Program-made: the position numbers and the translations under genes
DNA from: Giardia intestinalis
Lineage: Eukaryota
Strand: one strand, 5' to 3'
DNA length: 64,000 bases
Assembly (NCBI GenBank): GCA_000002435.2
Contig: CM018793.1
The notes under the pieces: generated by a model
Database searches by the model: none
What the model was told of the DNA's origin: nothing
Seen by the model: only the letters and a program-made list of their open reading frames with translations
Shown: positions 47,001 through 54,457 of the stretch, one piece after another
How positions within the stretch are numbered: position 1 is the stretch's first letter
How the letters are laid out: every line of letters starts with the position of its first letter

Positions 47001-50000
47001 CGAATATGCGCCATTCGTGCATGCGTTTCCACATGCGACTTCGCAAGTCCAGATCTTGTTTGATCTGTGCGATGGTCCCTTTCAGCTCCGTCAGAGTCTC
47101 GATATTCGACATACAAACCAGCTGACTAGGAGTAGCATTCTGGCCTGGGGAAAGCTTAAGGGGCTCCTTCTTCGTCCTTGGCTTCTCAGGCTCGTCTTCG
47201 TCCTCTTCTGCTTCTGCGTCCCGATTATACCATCCCGTAAGGATGTCATTCTGATCAGACAATCCACCGTAGTGCTTTGTCATATCGTTAAGCGTCGCAC
47301 TCAACTCATCGATGTGGCTGACAACAGAGCGCGGATCGGCGTTAGAATCACAAGCAGATCCTGATAAAAGCGTGAGCCTAATGTCGTTGATGTCGTTGGT
47401 CGTCGTGGTGATCATTTCCTTGAGGGAAGATGCCATGACATAGTGCTGGTCCTTAACTAACTGGTCAGCCAACGCGCGCCTGTTCTGTAAAACCTGGAGC
47501 TCCCCATGAAGCGTATCAACAGAGGTGCGATCAGAAACAGAAACCTTAAGACCAAGGCCTGGAATTGACGGATTGAGTTTTGCATCCATAGTAAAGAGGT
47601 CGTCAACTGTCGTAGACACATCAAAAGCAACAAACATTTGATTAGGAGGGGTTGACTGGAGATTGTTCGGTGAGGTTAGCATAATTAGGATATCATCAGC
47701 CAGCTGGACCTCAGAGATGAGGTGCTCAATTTCCTTGTCGATCGATCGGTTATACTCTATGTAATTACAAAACTCTGTAAGAGTCTTCGGCTCGATAGAA
47801 AGGACCTTTGTGTGCGTTTTAAACGCAGTGGTGCACTTGGAAACGAGGTTGCGCAGGACAGAGAGAGCTGTATTCTCGACGGCCTTGAGCCCAATAAGGG
47901 GAACAGGCTGAAGAGTCTGCAGGAGGCTGCGCGCGTCTAGCTGCGTGAATCCTGTCGAAGTATTTGCAGCCATGCGCGAAAGAATCTGAGACCAGCCCCG
48001 GAAGATCGTGATTTGACGTTCCAGTGGTCGCGTGCCATAGGCTGCGCGTGCCGATTCAAATGTATCCTCCAAAAGGCGGCGATCCTCTAGTGGGACCTGT
48101 TGTGGATTAGGAGGATTTTTGAGGTAAGAGTGGAGCTTTGTGACTTTCTTGTTTGTTGTGGGATTCACAATGAAACTTGGTAGAAGGAGCTTTAGATCAC
48201 AGCTGAGCGTATCCTTGAACTTTGCCGCGTAGAGCTCCTCGTTCCAGGTGGAGAGAAAGGCGTGAATAGGATAAAGCTGAGAGTAGCTCTTCGAGAAGGC
48301 CTCCAGCTTTGCAATTTGCTCGGTCGAACTATCACGTATTACCTTGAGCGCCGCCTGGACCTCTGCATCGTTGCTGGCGATGGTTGAGATATTCTGAGGG
48401 TTGGGGAGCTGTTTGTTGGCTAGAATAAAGTATTCTCGGAGGGCGGCCAGCTGGCTGAGATGCGTCTGCTGTGAGCATACGTTAATGGCCTCCGAGACGG
48501 AGTCCAGAAGAGTAGCCTGTATCTCATGCAGGGGTGGATTAAATTGAACATCTCCAACGAGGGGAATCTCCTCGTAGCGCTTTCCTGGGGGAATTTCTTG
48601 GAAGAATATTTCTGAGATAATAAGTCCGGGCGTGGCCGGAGGAGGGTTTGCAACTGCGTTTGCTAGATTCAGGGTGCTGGCATAAATCATTTCGAGCATG
48701 GCCTCATTGTACAAAAAGTCACAGAGCACTATGAAGTCGGAGATAGTCACAAGTTCAAACTGAGCCTGCTGTATTGCTCGGCGTCTGTGGAGCTGCTCGG
48801 CTTTTGTAGCGGTAATGGACTTGACCTTTGCTATCTTCTGCCGCATAAAAAGTGGAAGCTTGGCCTGGTCCATCTCGTCATCGTCACTCGCCCTCTTTCG
48901 CAGCTCATTGCAAAGAGCGGTGATCTCGGTGAGTATGCTGTCGTTGGCTGCGTCCAAGGATTCAGACACTGTGCGCTTTGTGTGTATTTGCGCAGCCTTC
49001 CACGCCTGCAGAGGCTGCGCGATGCCAGAAGGCAGCGAGGGCACGTCTCCTGACCCGGAAGTGGTGAGGCCCTGCGCGGATGCGCTGATGGCACTTTCAT
49101 CTGCATCATCACGCTTGGGTGCAGTAGTGTTCGAGGTAGCCCGCAAGTCAATACATTGAGACATCTTGATGTCATACAGTATAGCCCATATGGTCTTGAG
49201 AGACTGCAGGAAGTGTGGCCTGGATAGGAAAAGAGACTTAGTAATACTCTTGCGATTACGACAGTAGCGTTTGTACTTTCGGAAAGCTATCCATGTCTGT
49301 AGGGTCTTGAGCTGATAGAAGTGCTTAAAAAACTTGTAGTTCCGCAGTATGTCAAAGTTAGACGCCTCCAATATCCATCTATCCAGCATGGTAAACTCGG
49401 AAGCATCGTCGTGGAATGCCGTCACGAGGTCGCTCTCTATTGTCCTACTGAGGATGTTTGGGTCGGTCTGTTCTGGCTTCCGGCGGTGGCTCTTGTCGCC
49501 CCTAATTCCTGTGTCGATGCCGGAGCTGCGGTGCTGGAAGCCATCATTGGAAGAAGCGTCCCCAACAGCGTCGCAATGCACCCTGCTGGTAGCATCATTG
49601 CCGTCGCTAGCTCCGTCTGACCCTGCACAAGGGTCGAGTGCAAAAAAATCAGTGTCTGTGCCGCCGGGAATTCCATCCTGGCGCAATGGATGTGCTAAGT
49701 TTTTATCGACTGTCTTTTCAAGTTTGTAGAGGCTCGGATTAAGAGTGCTCTTGTCATTGATCATGTCGTAGACCTTTAAAACCTTGACGTCACTATTGAC
49801 CACACGCATGACGCCGTTCTGGGATATTGTGTAGTAGACAGGAAGCTTCTTTGCGACGTCACCGTCAATGACGCGTAGGCTGTAGGGGTTATATACCTTG
49901 TCAACCGGGGTGGTGGTGGGCGAGCAATAGACAATCTTGACGACTGCCTTGTCGGGCGTCCGTGCAAAGTATGCAATGACGTCAGCGCCCGTTTTCATGC

Positions 50001-50433
50001 CGCCCACGAGTCTCTCAGATGTAATAATCTTCTTGGTTTCTGCATTACGGGTGCGCAGAGTCTTAGACGCATTTGATATAATTGCTGGGCGCGCATTCTT
50101 GAGCATCCCAGGCGGTAGGGACGCTTCTGAGTGCATCTCAAGGCGGTGCAGAAGACTGCCTGGAGCCCCTCGAATCGTGCACTCCCCGGTCCCGAGCGTC
50201 CGGGTGCATGCGCAATCAAGGGTTTCGTCGGCTGGTGTGATATGTGCTGGTCGCACAGGGTCGAGGTCGAAGGGGGCATACTCCTCCTCGTTGTACGTGA
50301 AGAGCTGATCGGAGAGATGCGGCGTTTGGCGCGATGCGTGCTCCTGGGCTCTCACCAGCTCCATGAAGTACTCTGCGCTGGATGCGTGCCTAGGGGCACC
50401 CTCGCGACGGGCCGGAGTGTCTTGGCGAGACAT
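35080..50433 (-). CDS. Dynein heavy chain (motor domain with AAA1-AAA4 P-loops), 5117 aa, single uninterrupted ORF
   Basis: ATG at 50433 with gacaaaaaagc upstream. AAA1 reads [75 protein letters not shown], matching the canonical DHC Walker A and CFDEFNR signature. AAA2 is [15 protein letters not shown] and AAA3 is [14 protein letters not shown]. A long N-terminal tail and coiled-coil stalk are present. Several acidic or Ser-rich low-complexity insertions likely explain the large size. The subfamily (axonemal versus cytoplasmic) was not resolved. Confidence 0.9.
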   Translation of the reverse strand: [5117 protein letters not shown]

Positions 50434-50638
50434 GCTTTTTTGTCCTGACTCGGATTTTGTGCTGAATTTACATGTTGCTATTTATGAAACAAAGCTCACG
50501 CATACACAGGCTCCGGAAAAATAAATGTAGCGAACCCACGCGCAAGCGTTGCTACGAGGCGATGGAGACAAAAGCAGTTACGTTCGCAACTCTCTGAGGG
50601 TTCCTGATGCTTCCTTGGATGTCCGAGCCTTCCTTTAC

Positions 50639-53600
50639 TTAATCGACCGGCTGCAGGTGCGGCAGCATCGCCTTCAGGGCGGCTCCGCAGTCTTGCAGGT
50701 TCGTCGACATGTGCGCCGTCCGGAGGCGCGCGTACGCCTTTCCGTTGACCTCTGATTCACAGTGCAGTGAGTTGAGCCTCGTCGTCACGGAGCTTACAGA
50801 CGTCGGATGCGCATTGTGGATCGTGGCAAGAGTGATGTCTGTGAGCCGCGCCATTTGCTGGACAGCTAGCAGGGGGTTTTGGTAGACACCAAAGACACCA
50901 AACGACGAGCTTGCCGGGTTCCAGTCAAAGAGGGTGCCGGTCCGCGTGAGTGAATCAAAGACGATCCCCTCTTTCATCAAGGCCACCATAAAGGCCGTTC
51001 TGTTGATGGTCTGAAGGTCGCGATGCCAGAGGAAGGGAAGCGAAAGAACCACCATCGGGGCCTTAGTGATCTGTCGTTTCACAAGGGAAGTGTCATTGCG
51101 ACTTAGAACCCCGTTGATGCTGTCCCACGAGAGGTCTGCAAGGGCCATTGCCGAATAAAGATGGCAGATACCGGGAGTGAACCCGAACGATATGTTAACG
51201 AGAACCGCTGTGCTCCCGCTCTGGCTGGTATAGACGCGGTCGTTGATAGAGGGAGACACGGATTCATCGCCACGCGTTTGCGCATTAAGGCTGGAACAAG
51301 GAGGTCTTGTCCTTGTGGTGCCAAAGACTGTCGGAGACAAAAGGCTATTGAAGTGCGCCACTTCACTGTCATAAACCTTAACACAGTCGCTTGCAGATAA
51401 AACTTGGAAAGGATTCGGGCTGACGCTCATCGACTGCGTGGCCGGCGATCTTATAGACGGGGATGCCGTGGAGGGGAGGGTGCTACGCGTGGAAGTACTT
51501 CCCACGCTTATGTTGCTTAGATGTTGGCTTTCTCCTGCCGAAACCTTCGTACCCTCGGCATAAAGATAGTGGAGGACCACTACGCCGTGAATTCCATAGT
51601 CAATCAGCTTAGCAATAGTGTTGGCTGACTGCCTCTTTAGGGTGAAATAGATAGAGTCTGGAGCAGGTGATATGGTGCCAAAGGACCGTGTAGGAAGATG
51701 CGTCCCTGCCAGTGAGGAAGAAATGTCAACACTAGAGCCCAAGTATGTCACAACGGGCCGCTCGGAAGGTTCTATGTAAATGATAAGCCGCGCAGCCACA
51801 AAGGATTGCTGCAAATCCGCTTTTCTTGCTGATAAGATGTAATAATCGCCCACCCCTAGACTTGAACATATGTTCTTCACCACTCGTTCGTGGGGTTGCT
51901 CTGCATCTGTGATCGGGAGGATGGGATACAGCATGATTCGCCGAGTATGCTTAGACTCTCGTGTAAGACAGTACGATCGCATCCCTGCCAGCCCATACAG
52001 CACAGCTTCTGAAAAGACGTTAGCAAGGCCAGGAGTGAAGGGTGCAATGATGTACTCCGTATCGCTGGAAACCGATCTCTCGTTTCTTAGATACTTGTGG
52101 AGTTCGGAAATAGACTCAACAGCGAAGATTTGCGACTCATGGATGGACGTGAGGACAAGGTCTCTGCAATTAATTCGCTGGCTATGAAGAAGCATTGTTG
52201 TCGGTAACCTGAACGTCCTGGTGAGAGCATAAAGCTCAAAATCCGAGACGGAGTCGATGTTGGAAGAGAAGTATGGCAGAATCTCTAGGTCTTTGGAGCC
52301 TTGTAGTCGCAAGGCTTCCAAGCACACCTTATCAACGGCTCTTTGTAGCTCTTCGATAGTATCTGGAGACGACAGAAGCAGTGAGATGATAGACCCTGTA
52401 TAAGATAGGGTGACAGGGCGGTCGAATGCGTTCGCCTCCAGCGTTGACAAGAGAGTAGGGTGAATAATCACCAGCTTAGTCTTAACAAGAGTGGATAGCT
52501 GAGCTGGGAAAAAGAGGTTTTGATAGTTGCCAGCTAAAGAGGAGCCGTCAGCGTGAGTTGACGCTGAGGCTGCGCCATGCGTAACTGAATCAGGATAGGC
52601 CTCGGTGAAGGGAGTCGGGGAGGTCTGAGAGGCCCGGGGACCTGGCGTATCACTGAGAGTCTTGTTGGCGTGGAGTGGAGAGCTGTGTCTGGAAGGCACC
52701 TCTGGGCTAGGACAGCGCAGCAAGCTGTGGAGCATCTGGTTCCTTTTAAGGAGCATAGACTCTTGGGTAATACCAGTTAGAATAGATTCTATATATGCAA
52801 GAGAGACAGAATGCTCAGCCACAACAACGAGCTTTAGAACAGTTGGGTCGAGTAGGAAGTGAACGAGACTGAGCGGGCAGAAGGAAAAGCCCATGCTCGG
52901 GGTACTGTAGGAGTTGAAGAGAATCGCAGACTCGCCTCCGACGCTTGCGGGCGTAGACAGAAGAACGATGGGTACGGTGAACTTTCGAGGCCGAATCTCT
53001 AGGGCCCCTGTCTGCCGGGACCGCGCATCATCAAAGAGCACCCTTTCTACTCTATCATAGCAGACCGGCATGAAGTAACTAACAATAGGTTCATTGTATT
53101 TATGCTTAGAGAAGATAAATGCATCATAAGCCACGCTAGACGAGCGGCGCGCCACGCTCAAGGCACACAACTTGGCCAGGAATGCTTCTTGATGCTTCAA
53201 GAAAGTATTGCGTGCCCTGTCCGCTACCTTTGCACGGCGCTCTGCATAGGCACACCTGGCCAAGGAGCCTCTGTAGTGAGCCTGGAAAGCCAGGGCTGCA
53301 AGCCGGATGGTCACAAACCAAGTGCGCCGAGTGAGCATTCTGTACACAGATTGGACGACCAAGGCTGCTTTCAGTTCGGCTGGCCTATCGGTGCTGAGGG
53401 TTCTGCAGATAGGGTCGGCCACTTGACTGTCTTGAAAATTCGAAGGGCTGGCATGCAACTCAACACTTGCTCCTGCGGTTGTATTGGTCACCGATAAATT
53501 GCTCATGGAAAGACTCGCAGAGTCCTTCAAAGACTGAGTGCTTGAAGCTATATATTTAATGGCGGACTTAGTACTGCTCAAAGGTCCCAGGACATGCATC

Positions 53601-54238
53601 GAGGCGGCGCAATTCGGTCTTTCCTGTATTCTGCTGGCGGGTTTTTCCTTAGGCAACGTACTTCTGCGTTCCGATTCCTTGCGATTGAACAGTGCAAGAC
53701 GGTCATTTGAAGAAAGATGCTTAGCCGGAGAAGGCTTGGGGGGCTGTGGCTTCCGCAATGTAGAAGTGGCCTTCGCGGGAAATCCCTGAAAATACGACTT
53801 TTCTGCCTCTTCCCTAGATGCAGGCAAGTTTGGCACACGCTCTTGCGGCACCTGCTTGAATCCCGAGCCCTCGTAGGCAAGAGCAGAAGATTTATCCGTT
53901 AGTGCAGCTGACTTTGGCACATGTCGTTTAATGTAGTCCATACGAAAGTGCAGAGAGCCTGTTATGTGGCTGTCAAGGGCACTATAGATGAACTTGCTCT
54001 CTCCGGCCAATGCCACCACGGGTTTCGGAGGCGGAAAGACGTTTTGCAGAATGATGTCGGGAAAATCGTCTCCGTAGATGCTAGGATAGAGTTGCGTGAC
54101 GAACGAGTTTTCCAGTGACCCCAAGAAAGCGTCCTCGTAGCCCATCATGAGCGTCTCCAGGAGCGGCCAATCTGAAAACTCGACGTCCAGAAAAAGCGCA
54201 TTCATCGTCCGCTCCATGTCCTGTGCTAGGGTGCGCAT
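50639..54238 (-). CDS. Hypothetical protein with tandem IQ motifs, ~1199 aa
   Basis: Track start 54271 is TTG; the first ATG is at 54238 (MRTLAQDMERTMNALF...). IQ-like motifs lie in LKAALVVQSVYRMLTRRTWFVTIRLAALAFQAHYRGSLARCAY. A long Ser/Thr/Pro-rich region follows. The C-terminal ~250 aa are conserved-looking but unrecognised (LVKRQITKAPMVVLSLPFLWHRDLQTINRTAFMVALMKEGIVFDSL...). Confidence 0.45.
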   Translation of the reverse strand: MRTLAQDMERTMNALFLDVEFSDWPLLETLMMGYEDAFLGSLENSFVTQLYPSIYGDDFPDIILQNVFPPPKPVVALAGESKFIYSALDSHITGSLHFRMDYIKRHVPKSAALTDKSSALAYEGSGFKQVPQERVPNLPASREEAEKSYFQGFPAKATSTLRKPQPPKPSPAKHLSSNDRLALFNRKESERRSTLPKEKPASRIQERPNCAASMHVLGPLSSTKSAIKYIASSTQSLKDSASLSMSNLSVTNTTAGASVELHASPSNFQDSQVADPICRTLSTDRPAELKAALVVQSVYRMLTRRTWFVTIRLAALAFQAHYRGSLARCAYAERRAKVADRARNTFLKHQEAFLAKLCALSVARRSSSVAYDAFIFSKHKYNEPIVSYFMPVCYDRVERVLFDDARSRQTGALEIRPRKFTVPIVLLSTPASVGGESAILFNSYSTPSMGFSFCPLSLVHFLLDPTVLKLVVVAEHSVSLAYIESILTGITQESMLLKRNQMLHSLLRCPSPEVPSRHSSPLHANKTLSDTPGPRASQTSPTPFTEAYPDSVTHGAASASTHADGSSLAGNYQNLFFPAQLSTLVKTKLVIIHPTLLSTLEANAFDRPVTLSYTGSIISLLLSSPDTIEELQRAVDKVCLEALRLQGSKDLEILPYFSSNIDSVSDFELYALTRTFRLPTTMLLHSQRINCRDLVLTSIHESQIFAVESISELHKYLRNERSVSSDTEYIIAPFTPGLANVFSEAVLYGLAGMRSYCLTRESKHTRRIMLYPILPITDAEQPHERVVKNICSSLGVGDYYILSARKADLQQSFVAARLIIYIEPSERPVVTYLGSSVDISSSLAGTHLPTRSFGTISPAPDSIYFTLKRQSANTIAKLIDYGIHGVVVLHYLYAEGTKVSAGESQHLSNISVGSTSTRSTLPSTASPSIRSPATQSMSVSPNPFQVLSASDCVKVYDSEVAHFNSLLSPTVFGTTRTRPPCSSLNAQTRGDESVSPSINDRVYTSQSGSTAVLVNISFGFTPGICHLYSAMALADLSWDSINGVLSRNDTSLVKRQITKAPMVVLSLPFLWHRDLQTINRTAFMVALMKEGIVFDSLTRTGTLFDWNPASSSFGVFGVYQNPLLAVQQMARLTDITLATIHNAHPTSVSSVTTRLNSLHCESEVNGKAYARLRTAHMSTNLQDCGAALKAMLPHLQPVD

Positions 54239-54457
54239 CCCACGCTCGAGCAGGTTAAGAATTAAATGCAAACTCGCTAATCTGTTCTATTTTATGACCT
54301 AAAAATTTAGACGTTTTTGAACCCAAGTATGTATTTACTATGACACCTTTTGCTAAAAGTCATACTTTTTCTTCGCCTACCCGGTCAGACTGATTTTCCA
54401 AGAGACGCACTCAGAGGACTGTACCCGAATTTCGCTCCAATCTATTAGTTAAAAAGT

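Noticed and set aside
35491-50308. Dozens of 60-210-aa ORFs on both strands inside the dynein heavy chain gene
   Set aside because: All lie inside a single 15.3-kb ORF with unmistakable dynein motor signatures. No independent start context or domain content supports any of them.
50480-50520. CTCACGCATACACAG, superficially like the Giardia cis-intron 3' motif (CTRACACACAG), in the spacer upstream of the dynein gene
   Set aside because: It has a 4-nt insertion relative to the consensus. No GTATGT 5' site is nearby. It is on the wrong strand for the adjacent gene and no ORF is interrupted.
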